From NCBI GenBank assembly GCA_051362555.1, contig CM120648.1:15434587-15498586 (forward strand): a DNA stretch of 64,000 nt, read 5' to 3'. The notes below the pieces were generated by a model. The model saw only the letters and a list, made by a program, of their open reading frames with translations. It was not told the origin of the DNA and ran no database searches. Of the stretch, positions 41,256 through 53,877 are shown piece by piece (the first letter of the stretch is position 1; each line of letters starts with the position of its first letter). Origin of the DNA: Lingula anatina (lineage: Eukaryota; Animalia; Brachiopoda). The translations under genes and the position numbers were made by a program.

Positions 41256-42119
41256 TACAAAGAGAGATGCTTTATTGAATAATTAGATGCAGGAAAAATC
41301 TCATTTTCGTTATCTGGATGATGATACAGGGTTACGATACCCTTAATAATAATAGAAGTACTCTGCCCATTCTTCTTTTGTCATCGATCTCGACTTCATG
41401 TTCCTTTTCTAAGTGCCATGTATTGCCGTCTTAAATAGATCTTCAATATCTTACCTTTAAACTCCGCGTTCTCGCCACACTTGGAATATATATTTCATTA
41501 TAACAAGCTACACGCTGGGAGCCTGTGTGAATTTCTAATCTGTGAAACAGTTTGTCAAAATTCTTATTTCAAGAGAGGAAGATAAGTGTGATTTTTTTCA
41601 GAAACCGAAAGGAGGGGGCAGGACCCCCCAGTCCTGACCCCCCTGACCCCTCCTACACCCGCCACTGCATTAGATTTGACAGTAATTTATATAATAAAAG
41701 AATATTCGATTTAAGTCATGTCTTATATTTGGTACTGTCTATCTATTAAACTATTCCCCAAGAATGAAAATCAATCTCATTCCTCTCGTGCAAGATCAGA
41801 TGAAAAGCATGACAAAGACAAACCATTATAACGTGATACCAGGACTTGCCGTGGAGAATACGACACTACAGAACATGACGAAGATTGAATTGTTTATAAA
41901 TAAATTTGTTAAGGAAAGGAAATTCATAAAATACAAATTATTAACTCTGAAAATAAGACAGGTTCCTTTTATTTTATCGAGAAGTAAGAGGTCATCCTAT
42001 GATGTTTAAGATGTAAATCTAGTTTTATTTCATTATTTAGAAATAATGGACACTCACAAAAACTGGTCAAAATCAAAATAAATCTAAACCAAACTTTCTT
42101 TGAAAATAATGCAGTTTCT

Positions 42120-43085
42120 TTTAAAGTTTTAAAATATCTAAAAATAACATTTGTATGCCGTTCAAGTGACATTTTAATACACCTAATTATTTTCACTTCC
42201 CTTGTCATTCCGATAAGAGAGGGGAAAAGATCATTAAGGTTCCGGATATCGATGACCAACAAGTATTACATACAACAATCCAAAATGTCGTCCAAACAAT
42301 CTGCTTTGTTAGCAATAAGACAGCTACTGTTTCCGATCCCATGCTTTGTTCACCGACAGTTTTGGCTGACGTTTAAAGGGATAATAACTGTCCATTTTGG
42401 CCAAAAAATGAATTTTCCCGAAGTAAACAACTGTTTTCCCATACTTACCAATGGTAAACGAATCCATTTCTACATTCAAAGTTAGTCTCTGTTTTTTTTC
42501 TAAAAAGTTTGGTTTTATGTTATATTCTCTTAAGAGATTATTACAGATTATAGCCATCTATGGAGGTCACGCGGTCTGATGACAAGCTCAGATATCAGAA
42601 TAATATCTATAACTGCCGTTTTCGTGGTAAAACAGAATAAATTAAATTTCTATGAGTTGCTTACAATGTTTTTATTTCAAAAAAATAGAACTCATACAAA
42701 GAGTTATTATCCCTTTAAAACAATTTGATTTGTGGAAATTGACATTACTACGAGAAAAACCTGTAATGTGTATTGCTTTCATCTGTCTTATTATGGTCTT
42801 CTGGTAAGAGAAACGTCATCAATACTTTTGATTATGCAATTTTTCCATAAACTTCTAAGCTCCCGGCGAGACTATTTGGAAGCATGCTGGTTAACTCCTA
42901 CGGATGGACAATTAAGAAAAGTAACAAAGAAATTGGCGTGTTTTTAAACAAGTATCGATTTCGTTAACAAGCTTGTTACACGTAGCCCCACTTTATGCAA
43001 GTTAAATGTTAGGAAAACGAACAGAAATGACAATAGTCTTATCATATAGTATCTTGATCTAAAGAAACACGTCTTCTGATTGGTT
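42120..43085 (+). pseudogene. Fourth array unit with its coding exon deleted
   Basis: 42120-42370 matches the 5' flank of copies 1/2; 42721-42877 matches 43861-44017 upstream of the copy-3 ATG; from ~42905 the sequence matches intron 1 (~35280-35460, ~46055-46220). The large exon is absent between them. Confidence 0.75.
42377..42714. mobile_element. Kolobok-like MITE (TTAA TSD)
   Basis: TTAA-agggataataact ... agttattatccct-TTAA; AG...CT termini; second copy at 55083-55419. Confidence 0.8.
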
Positions 43086-44107
43086 TTTAGAAAGCCGACT
43101 GACCGGGTCCATGGTCACACTTCGTCATTTACTTAAGGGTAATAATGGTCTATATTTGTACGTTGAACCCTTTTGTCTGTTGCCAGGAAGAGGTGTCGTT
43201 TTGTCTTCAAAACAATCACTAAGCGGGGTTGTACCAGTGAGCTCTACGGTTATAAACGTATACCGTTTTTAAATGCAAAATGTAATTTGCCTGGACCCAC
43301 GAGAGTCATCATTCGTTTTTGAAAATTCCCGATTCCGGGTCCAGGTCGTTGTTGTGTCGGACTGACATGCGCTTTCCAGTCAAGGCATTGCGATGATGCA
43401 CATTTTGAGAAAAAAAATAAACATATATGGCAAATAATTCTGCAGAGAATATACCGTTTTGTCTGCTGGACGCAATTTACAGGTGGTATGAAAGGGGCAG
43501 ATCCAGGATTTTCTGAAAAGGGGGGTCCTTTTCTATAGGGCTGACCAATCTCGAATGCAAACTGATCCTCGCTACCCTTGGGGTGGTGTTCGGGTCCTGC
43601 TGAAGGGCCCCAAAAAGTTGTGGTGTTTGATAGGGAGAACAGTGCCATTTGGTTTTAAGTATGACACAGCCAGTCAAAATTCTTATTTCAAGAGGGGAAA
43701 ATAAGTGTTTTTTTCAGAAACCGAAAAAGGGAGGGGGGGGGGGGGGGGGCACCGCCTCCCTGACCCCCTGATCTCTACTTAGTCCGCCACTGCATTGGAT
43801 TATAACCTACTAATTTTCACTTCCCCTGTCATTTCGTTAAGAGAGCGTGGGGGAAAAGACAATTTGATTTGTGGAAATTGATATTACTACGAGAATAACA
43901 TGTAATGTATCTTACTTTATCGTATCTTATTTTTGTCTTCTAGTTGGAGAAACGTTATCAATACTTCTGATTATGCAATTTTTCTATAGATTTCTAAGCG
44001 CTCGGCGAGACTATTTAATAGTATGTCGGGCGACTTCTATGAAAGCAGAAGCAAAGCTTGCTGAAGTCGGCTTTGAAACAGCTAGGTGGCAGCTGGCAGT
44101 TTTTGCA

Positions 44108-47100
44108 ATGGGTTCTCATATGCGGAGCAACAAGCAGCGGCATTTTTTATTGCTATATCTATTCCTTCAAGGAGTCTTAAGCATGGAGACAGTCAGCCCA
44201 CAGACATGGTTCAGCGTAACGAGCACCCAAACCTTCCCCCACCTCACCTCACTTAGCTCTGGTGTAGATAGCAGTAATTCAACGGAGGCGGAAGTTTCCT
44301 CCCAGGTTGATGTCCCAAAGAATCCGCCGCTACAATATCAGACTTCTTCAACAGCAACCAATTTTACTGGATCCTCTTCTGGTGTAGAAAATGGCGATGT
44401 GGAAGAACCGGTGACAGAGGCCCCACGTTTACTGGAGGAGGTCTCCACTGATGAAAGGAATTCATCTCAGAACGCAACAACAGCAGCTTTTCCGTTAGAC
44501 GCGAGAAGGGAACGAGACGACCCCATGTCCTCAAATTTCACTACGAGCACACTACTGCCTGGTGCGTCCACAGTGACACTTCGGGATGGCACTTCACTTC
44601 CTCTTAACTTACCGAGAACATTTTGCTTGGGGACAAACGTAGTTACGACAGGTGGGTGCTTCTGTGACAACTTTTGCGGTTTGTTCCAAGACTGCTGCGC
44701 CACTAATTACTGTAAGAAGCGTTCTTCATCGATGGGAATGCACTTAAACTCAAAATACATTGGATGTATCAAGCAGTCCACCTCGCATTTTCTTGGACTT
44801 AATCCCCAACATTTCTGGATGGTGACAATCTGCCCAGACGAATGGCCCCATGATACCGTTCGTACTAAATGTGAAGGTCCTCGGAATACCAATGAAGCTG
44901 ACCGCTTTGTTCCTGTGTCTGACTTGGCAACAAACTTGACATTTCGTAACGAGCACTGTGCAATGTGCCACGGTATATCTGATGTCCGACAATGGGGTTT
45001 TTACTTCACTTGTCACAGGTCATTATCTTTTGGTGTTGACATTGTTTTCAACATTATCGATGGAGACGATATTGTGGAACAGGCAAGATCAACCGATGGT
45101 TGTAGCTTGTTCTTTCGCCCTCCAGTCGACATTCCCGGCAGACCGTGTATACCATCTGGTCTCACGCCAATTGCTTCAGTAACGGGCGTAAGCATCACTA
45201 CAATGCAGTGTCGTACAGACAGCCACCCAGAACTCAAGGAACTTTGTTGGACAAGACCAATTTCCGTCACTCATGTTCAGAGGTGGGAGTGGCATTATTA
45301 CGCAAGAAATGCCTTTTGTTGGCTTTGTAGCTGGTCCAAGCAGCGCCTGCCGCAGATTAGTAATTGTACTGTTTCTGGTAAGTTTTCTTTCTTTTTCTGT
45401 TGGAAGGAAAGTGCAAACATACATTGGAAACATCAAATAAGTAAAACAATAGCTAGAACACATTCTTCAAAATCATTTTTAACATTTCAATATTTTAATA
45501 ATATTTTAGCACAATTTTGATTTTGTTGATGTAAAGGAATTTGGGAAGCGTAACTGCTATTATAAGGTGATTTTTGTCTTCTTCTTACCTTCATCAATTC
45601 AAAGCTTCTAATAGGAATTTGGAAAATGTAAATATTTGATTGATAAACTATCACCATATGGCAAATACTGGCCTCATCTTGCTACGTATCTATTATCATG
45701 TTTAAGGTGTCACTAGCGAACTGCAAGTTAAATCTGTGTCATTTGTTACTTTATTTAATTTGCTGTGTCGCGTGGTCAACAATTGAACAAAATATTATTT
45801 GTTTGAGCATGGTCAACATTTCACTCTGTCTTTTTTTATTTCAAAAAGAATTGTTGTAAATTTTTTGCATGTTGTATTTATAGAAATGGAATAAATAAAG
45901 GAGGAAAGAAACTTTGCAGAAAACCCAGCGACTTTTATATTCATAAAGTAAAAGTTACATTTGAAACCAAAATAATTTTGAAATTCCAGCAACAATTTAC
46001 ATAAAACACTAGTAGAATCATCGCACCATGTGCGCAGTAGCCGAAGAAAGGACGAACAAATAAGAAAAGTAACAAAGAAAGTACCACGTTTTAAAAACAA
46101 ATATCGATATCGTAAACAAGCTTATTACCGCGTACACGTAGCCTCACTTAATACGAATCACATGTACTGAAAAACGAACGGAAAGTTAGTTGATCAAAAG
46201 TAAACGAATTCTTATTGGTCTCTTTTAGACCTTTTAATGTCAGGAACTTAGGGATAAAAAACAGGGGCCTCCACTCTATCACTCAACTAACAGGATCGAT
46301 CTATCTTCGAGGGGTGTCTCGCTAAATTGCTTTCAGCTTAAGAAGCTTAGTTTTCCCGCACGCCCACTGAAGCTGCTAAACGATAATTAATTACCCCCTA
46401 AAATACGTACGAAATCACACTGTGCTTTTCACCATTTTTGTTACAGACTAGCGCACCTTGTGGTTAGATAGTATTATTTCGCTAGATTAAGGGAAGTGAT
46501 TGGAGCATTTAATTTCTGATTTTATAGATGGTAGTAAGCTTACCTTTTTCAACACTGGTTGTGTTCACAAAAGACTGTAAATGTTATAAAGAGGAAGTGA
46601 ATCACCAGAAAACGAGAGAGAGAGAGAGAGAGATTGAATGAGCACAATACTGATACTGGGCAGATCTCCTCCACTTCTTGCATGTAATATGTCGATGAGT
46701 GACGATAGGCCTTTTTTCAACTTTTACTCCTAGATAGATAAATAGATATTTTATTTATTACTTATTTTATGGCTTTTTTACAATACCAGCAAGACAAGCT
46801 GTACAAATATATTTGGGTAGCTACATGTACTATCAACACGTTCGCGTATATCGCTAATGAATTTATTTGCCATAAAATCTGTGGCTATCATTGGACATAA
46901 AAACGGAATTTCGTAATCTTGTCCATGGGCTACATGTATCTCATATCTATTGACAGGACGAGGTGTCGCTTTGTCTTGAAAACAATCACATGTCCTAGCG
47001 GGCTTGTGCCAGTGAGCTATATGAATAGGGTTTAAAGGTCACCACTTGCACTCTCTACGATTGAATCACTATGATTTTCTTAGCACTATTTAACTCCTCT

Positions 47101-48462
47101 CTGATATCAGGGACGTACTAAAATAACCACACTGTGCTTTTCAACATATCTGTAACAGCCTAGTAGCGCACCTAGTGGGCAGAGAGTACTATTTAACCAT
47201 GATTAAGGGAAGTGATTGAAGTCATCAATTTCAAAATTTAGAGATACTAGTAAACGTACCTTCTTAACAATGGTCGTAAGGAAACATTCCCTAGAGAGAG
47301 AGAGGGCAGCTAGGGGTTGAAAGAGCGCGATATGAAATAAATACTGGGCAAATTGTTTTCTCCATTTTCTGCATGTAATATGTTGAGGAGTAGAAATTGG
47401 CCTTTTTTCAACTTTTGCTGCTAGATAATTGTATCTATCCCTCTCTGCACTTGGATTCGACCTTTGATAAAAATTATCAAGTTTGATTTTAGCCTTAAAT
47501 CACTGGCCAATCATTATAACAGTGACCATTTTCCTATAAGATCCAATGGATATATCAACATCAGATAAGTTAAGTCGGGAAAATTCGTTAAATCGTTTTA
47601 TGGCTGATCGAGTGATTTATTCAGTTTATCCCTTGGCAAGTCGAATATATTTGAGTCGTATAAGAAACTAGCAGAAGTGGTTTATTGGTTTATATATGTA
47701 ACTGGAAATCCACGCTCCACCGACGTTCGGTTCATATGTACCTTTAAAATACATTGCATTGTGGACTGAAAAAATCCAACAATGTGGAGAACAATGATCA
47801 GTATAAAAAGGAGGTTGATTGTTGACTGAAGGGGAGGGGGGTGGCAGTTAAAACCCCAGTCACCTAAATGAATTATCATTTTGCTGGCACAATCAGTGGC
47901 TATCCTTAAAGTGGTTCAGTTTTGTTGTAGAACATGCAGACCGTTGATTCTGCGAGTAATGACCTACCCAAATATTGTCTGTGTGGTTCAAATATGGCGA
48001 TTTTGATGACCAAAGTAGCTGCTCATTCCCTTGGTTCTGTAAGTTATCTGCTATTAAAAGTGCTGTGTTTGAACTGGCAATCTCATCGTGCAACCTAAAA
48101 TTGTTCCTAAGGTGCCCCCTATCAAATGATAGTCAAGTGGTTCCCAGATTGTTCCTTTATTTGATCTGGTTCAGATTTTCATCGCTGACTACCGTTGGTG
48201 TTTTGGCACCAGTGTGATATCCACTCCAAATACTGACGCTGTCAAGACCCTAGTCACTTTAGAAGCGGCACACGCCTTGTTATAGGCCTTTACAGGATGT
48301 ATGTAAACTCTGTTTTGACTGGTTTAGCGGTACAGGTGAAGTCTGACTTCAATAAAGAAAGCCACGCGGTTTCAGTGTTCTACCCAGAAACGGTCGTGGT
48401 CCCCGATTCATTAGAGAAACAGAAATTTGCTTTGGTTTATATGCGTAGCTCAAATTGCAAAC

Positions 48463-48520
<58 letters not shown>

Positions 48521-51288
48521 TATTATTATTATTATTCAGCCTCCTGTATTATATTGTGTATCTTTTTATCTTTCCAGCATCAAGTCAATCCTTCGATCCG
48601 CCAGGTTATACTGTCCAGATCGACACCTCTGGGGCGCGGTATAAGAAACCATGTGAACGAAACAGCGATCAGGTAAGCCGTTAATTTGAAGAAGCCATGA
48701 AAAATAAAGGTTTTAGAGAAAGAACTAGAAATTTTAGTTATGTTTTTGTGACAATCTGCATTTTCTCTCCAGCAGAATACAGATGGGACAGATCCATACT
48801 TATGAGTTCATAGAAAAGAGTAACATTTGTTAACACAAGCAATATGGGTAGCGTACATACAAAAATATAAAGTACAATTTCGGTTTTAGAGGAAAATGCC
48901 TTAGACAATTTAAAGCTGGTTAAAAATGGCGTTTCATTTCTTTTACATTATAAGACGCGGCTGCAGATGGCGACCATGTAATGCCCGCAATAGTGAAACA
49001 AATATACATCAATAGAAAAAAATGTCAATTTCTTCCTATCTTATATCTTTTTAAATATAGACTTCGCCTTTGTCTTAGGCCACACTTTTTTATTTTTATG
49101 GATGACATCCTCTGGGTACCCCAAAATCGGTGCGAGAGGGCAAAAAAAAAAAAAACGGTCCAAAAAAAAAAAATACTGCTTAAGTAAAGGAATGCTGTCA
49201 GTACACAGCTGGAAACACAAATTTTACCACAGAAACACGTATCAAACTAACAATATGTCTTTATCCATGCTCTCAAAATATTAAAGCATTGTGAATACTT
49301 CGTAGAAATGTAAAAAAAAGTCATGAATAGATATACTTTTTATTACAAAATCTATTAAGGTTATTTCATGCATTTTGTTGGTATAGCAATCAATAAAACA
49401 AATATCAAACAAACAGTGTGTCTTTATTCGTATTCTCAGAATATTAAAGCATTTTGAACACTTCACAGAAATGTTTAAAAAAATGATGCAAAGATATGCT
49501 TAATACCAAATCTATTAAAGTTCATTTCAGACGATGCCATTTTGTCTACTTCGACTCACACGGCCAAACTGTCAGGTGGCCTGTCCGACCTTCAGCCCAC
49601 CAAATACCTCGACGCCCTTGTCGACCCTTTTTTCGCTACAGAAAACCTGGTAGCCTATGTGCTGCTTTGTACAGAATGTCACTGAAATTTTTCGGGCGAT
49701 AATCGCTGGCGGCCGCCAGCCTTTCGCACAATTGTAAAAAGGTGATATCTCCATGCCCAATATCAATGGCATACCAATCAAAACGACGGCACCCGTTCTC
49801 TTTATGACTTTAATTGTCGTGTAATTTGAAAGTTATCCTAGAGATGAATTTGAAGGCAAAGCGGCCACATTTCCACGTGGCGATAATACGCATGGTAGAA
49901 AGCTCATTTCCTGGCAAATTCAATAACGACGTGTGCGCCAACCGACTTCGTTGGGGGCTGGGGGGGGGGGGATTTTTTTTTTTTTCGGAGAACGGGCGAA
50001 AATCGGTGCGCGCGCAGGATGTCATCCATAAAATTAAAAAAGTGTGGCCTTATTACAAACACTCTTCTTAAAAAAGGTCAAAGCAGTACACGTTAGACAC
50101 ACACGCTTTTTATTAGACAAGTGAGTTTAAAAAATTAGTGGAGCTAATTGTGTGAACGTTTGATGACATTTGGTGGTGTCCTTCAATTTTATGAATATTT
50201 TTGTCCTCGATAAATATCACTGTAAAACATCCGATTTGACGGTATAAATTCTTTGTTATATATAAATATATATATATAAGACTTAATGAGACGATTATTC
50301 ATGCTTGATATGGAATCTGAACTCCTTTAAAAAGCTGTATGTAAAATGATTTGCAGCCGTGCCTCGATAATATGCCAACAGAAACAAAGAACTTATAATA
50401 ACCAGAACCATTTGGAATAATGGACTCAATAGGGACAATAGTTTCTTAAATGAGTATTGATTTTTTCTTTGTTACATAATTTTGACGTTGTTTACGTATA
50501 GCACGCTTTTGGGCATCGCATGTCTTCAACACAACACCGACGTCACGTATCCTAGGAGTTTGTTATTTTACTTTTTGTTCATAATCCCCGAAGAAGGCCC
50601 AGGGGCAGAAAGCTCGAATTGTATTTAACAACTTTAATGTAGATCTTTCAAGGTGCATCAATATACATACTTCTATATTTGAGGTGAAATGTTTGCTTTC
50701 CAGGCACTTTGCAACGAAGAAGAGGACCAGTGTTTTACTCCAATACGGTATATGGTCAACACTGATTTTACCATCCAAATGGCGCTTATGTCGGAACAAG
50801 AACAGAAGGCTTCTGCACCTGAAGGAATTTGTGACGCTAAAATATCTTATCTATTCTATTCCAATATTTACAAAGCTATCGGCGACGGTGCATGGCACTT
50901 TATGCCTGACCGGAAGACGTGTACAGAGATGAGCCGCAATGGAACAAACCAATCACTGGTGGCAGTCTTCAACTTCCAGGCCAGATTAATCAAAATGATC
51001 AGCGGTTATCGTGAAGGTACCAAGCAGTTTGCTTCCTACCGTGCAGAGTTCTCTAGGACTCTGAAAGCCAGGAGAGAGACGGTCTACTTTGACGGCAAAG
51101 AATATCTTGTCATCTTGCTGGATTCTGACGAGGGCCGCTGCTCACAACGGGAACTGCCGATAGAGGTGCATGACGGGAAAAATGGCACGACGTCCTCACG
51201 TGCCAGGGATGGTCTGGGTGGTGATGCACTGGTACACGCCGTGTTTGCTATTTTATTGGGTATTTTAGCTTGTAGTTGTTTGATTTGA
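44108..51288 (+). CDS. SMB/Cys-rich, putatively GPI-anchored surface protein, copy 3 (3 exons, 649 aa)
   Basis: Exons 44108-45377, 48578-48672, 50704-51288 (TGA); GT-AG introns with the same phases as copy 2; total 1950 nt. Start chosen by homology; in-frame upstream ATGs exist in this copy only. Confidence 0.88.
46380..47430. repeat. Local tandem duplication (~330-bp unit) in copy-3 intron 1
   Basis: cacactgtgcttttca...tagcgcacct...gattaagggaagtgattg...ggccttttttcaactttt occurs at ~46415-46735 and again at ~47128-47425. Confidence 0.7.
47893..48093 (-). pseudogene. Highly decayed Tc1-like transposase remnant
   Basis: MHDEIASSNTA...LQNQGNEQLLWSSKSPYLNHTDNIW resembles QDDCATPH...LQNQWVQQLPWPTNSPDMNLIENLW of the element at 28.7 kb. 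Confidence 0.5.
48465..48536. repeat. (AAT)n followed by (TAT)n, upstream of the copy-3 exon-2 acceptor
   Basis: Direct observation; copy 2 has only the (ATT)n part at ~35828-35865. Confidence 0.9.
49078..50049. mobile_element. PIF/Harbinger-like non-autonomous element in copy-3 intron 2
   Basis: TIR ggccacacttttttatttttatggatgacatcct / aggatgtcatccataaaattaaaaaagtgtggcc; TTA on both sides; absent from the copy-2 intron (~36610). Confidence 0.85.
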
Positions 51289-51380
51289 TATACCGGGGTG
51301 ACAAGAATGGTAGTTCACTATGAACCGTAGTCAGCTCCCCATTTCGTCGTACAGGTGGGATTCGTCCCATATATCGGTAA

Positions 51381-52053
51381 TGCCCCTATTTCACACGAAT
51401 CCCACGAATGGCCATGAATTGACAAATTTTACGATTCGTGGTTGAATCGTAATCAGTTTGTGAAGTTCTTAACAGATTCGTATATATTCGTAGTCAGTTC
51501 TTGCACTTCTTGACCAACAGGAATTGGTGGCAAAAACTTTGATGCCCCTATTTCACACAGACCACGAATCCCACGAATCGCCAGGAATTGAAAAATTCAG
51601 GATTCGTGGTTGAATCGTAATCAGTTCTTAACAGATTCGTATATAATCGTAGTCAGTTCTTGCAATTCTTGATCAATCGGGCATTCGTGGCTAAAAATTT
51701 TGAGCTGTTCAAAGTTTTGGCCACGAACTCCCGATTCCAAAAAATCGTAGTGAATTTCTGGACAATATTCGTGCGATTCCAGCCGAATCCCACGAATATG
51801 CGTAACACTATCGCACCTGTATCGATACTGAATCGTAGAGCGTGTCGAATTAGACCAGAAAATTTGCAAAATCTCACGACTCCAGCCGAAGCCCACGAAT
51901 ATTCGTAACACTATTGCACCTGTATCGTAAATGAATCGTGAGCGTGTCGAATTAGACCAAAAAATTGGCAAAATCTCACGAATCCTTACAAATCCTGAAA
52001 TTTGTCATTTCCTGGCGATTCGTGGGATTCGTGGTCTGTGTGAAATAGGGGCC
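51381..52053. mobile_element. PIF/Harbinger-like MITE nested in the 3'-flank MITE of copy 3
   Basis: TIR tgcccctatttcacac / gtgtgaaataggggcc; TAA duplication (51378-80, 52054-56); single TAA at the empty site 37608-10; second left end at ~51543; cacgaat/attcgtg motifs throughout. Confidence 0.88.
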
Positions 52054-52929
52054 TAACCACCCCAATACTCCTACTAGTCCTAAGCTGTACTAATCATATG
52101 GGAACCTGGACTTCCATTCCTAGGACTACCATTCCTGCCATAGCCGGCATATGTCGTTTTCATTTACTACTACTTTTAAATGACCCATTGACTTGTTGGA
52201 CACGGGGGGGGGTGGGGGTGGGGGGTGGGGGTCGCGCCTCTTTTTTACACTAGTGTTAGTCTGTATCACCCACAACCAGGGGAACAAAGAACTTTTCTCA
52301 CTAGATATATCTATGGACATTAGATTCTGTTCTTCTTTTTGGCACAACAATGTCGTTTCAAGCCGGCCTGGGTTGCAGCATATCATATCCAAGATTACAT
52401 ATGAGTATACAACATAAATAAGCCACTGGGTCACTGCGGGCATATCGGTGCAAGCTTAATGATCGGCATAATTTCTGAGACAAATTTGATTATTTCATTT
52501 GCTAAAGTTAATATTGTCAGATGCAACAGCATGTTTTTGTAGTAAAACGTAATGTATAAAAACCACCTCAATATATCTGTGTCTTAGAGAACCTGATATC
52601 ACAGCACATAGATATGTCTAAATAGCAATAGCTAATATTTCTATGTCTTAATTAAACAAAGGCTTTCGGCAAAGAAAAGGATATGAAGTAACAGTATAGA
52701 GAAAGGCGATAATATTATATTGCGTTAAACTTTGCATAAAGTTCAAAATATTGTGTTTCATATAATATTTCTATATATACTGGTATGTATTAATATATTA
52801 GTTAATATTTGCTCGCAATGTGCCCTATTATTCGTAGTTTACTCGAGATTGTGTTATTTTTGTTAAGTGTTTTATGAAATTCAAGATACTTTTTCTAACT
52901 GGATCAGAGGATGAGTTGGTTGACTGATA

Positions 52930-53190
52930 AAGAGAGATGGCAGAGAGAGGAGGCAGAGATAGAGAGAGAGAGAAAGAGAGATAGAGTAAGAGAAAGATAG
53001 GGGAAGAAAGAGAGAGACATAGAGAAGGTAAGAGAAGGAGCAGGGAGATAGAGAAGGTAAGAGGGGAAGACTTAGAGAGAGAGAGGAAGAAAGAGAAAAA
53101 GAGAGAGGGATAGAGACAGAGAGAGAGAGAGAGAGTGGGAGAAAGAGAGAGAGAGAGGGAGAGCGACAGTAAGAGAGGGAGAGAGAGGAT
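52930..53190. repeat. GA-rich purine tract
   Basis: Direct observation; paralogous to 39425-39572. Confidence 0.9.
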
Positions 53191-53731
53191 CCTGGAGGAG
53201 GATTATTCACTTTTTCATAATGCAAATATATTCAAGGCAAAAATGTTCTAAAATATACGTAACTTTCGTCTCTATGTTTATATCCTTGTATAGTGTAAGG
53301 AATAATAACCTTTGGCTCATGTCTGACCATAGTCGCATGTGCATAGAGCATTTGATTATTTCGTTGAATTGGTAGACTCACCCAATTTATAAATAATGTT
53401 GGAAGCAGTGTCAGTAAAGGTCAGGTGGTCAGTAAAGTAGGGTTGTTGTCTGTTGACCAGAGGTCACGGGGTCGGTCCAGGCGCCATGAGGCAGTTACCA
53501 CCAGATGTCAGCATGTTACCGTGTGTAATAAATCACTGATGTTGTAACATGAGTTGTTGTGTTTTTCTTTCAACAGAATTGACAGAAAATCGGAAAATCC
53601 AAACTCCGATTGCAAAGGATGTTAGGCTTTGGTGAGAACTTTCATACAATTATGAAAAAAGCATCAGCTTACAGCGACAACGAGACACGTAGTGCCTTAT
53701 CTTTCATATGCCGTCTTCCAAAGTAGAGCAG

Positions 53732-53877
53732 GGCTCCGTATCTCGAAAGGTTCGCTATGTTGCGCACGTGCGCAAGTGTATCGATTCCATAACCGATTCT
53801 ATTTCTAGATACGGGGCCATGGAATCGAGACACTTGCGCACGTGCGCAACATAGCGAACCTTTCGAGAGACGGAGCC
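53732..53877. mobile_element. 146-bp hairpin MITE with CAG TSD
   Basis: ggctccgtatctcgaaaggttcgctatgttgcgcacgtgcgcaag... and its near-perfect reverse complement; CAG on both sides; empty site gtagagcagatc at ~40158-40170; related copy at ~60880-61027. Confidence 0.9.

Noticed and set aside
43871-44107. 79-aa N-terminal extension of the 549-aa ORF
   Set aside because: Starts at GTG; the equivalent frame has a TGA in copies 1 and 2; the signal peptide follows the homologous ATG at 44108.
51381-52053. Interspersed short repeats superficially like a CRISPR array (also 9569-10231)
   Set aside because: Animal DNA, no cas genes, no constant repeat-spacer period; bounded by TIRs and TSDs, so these are MITE-internal motifs.
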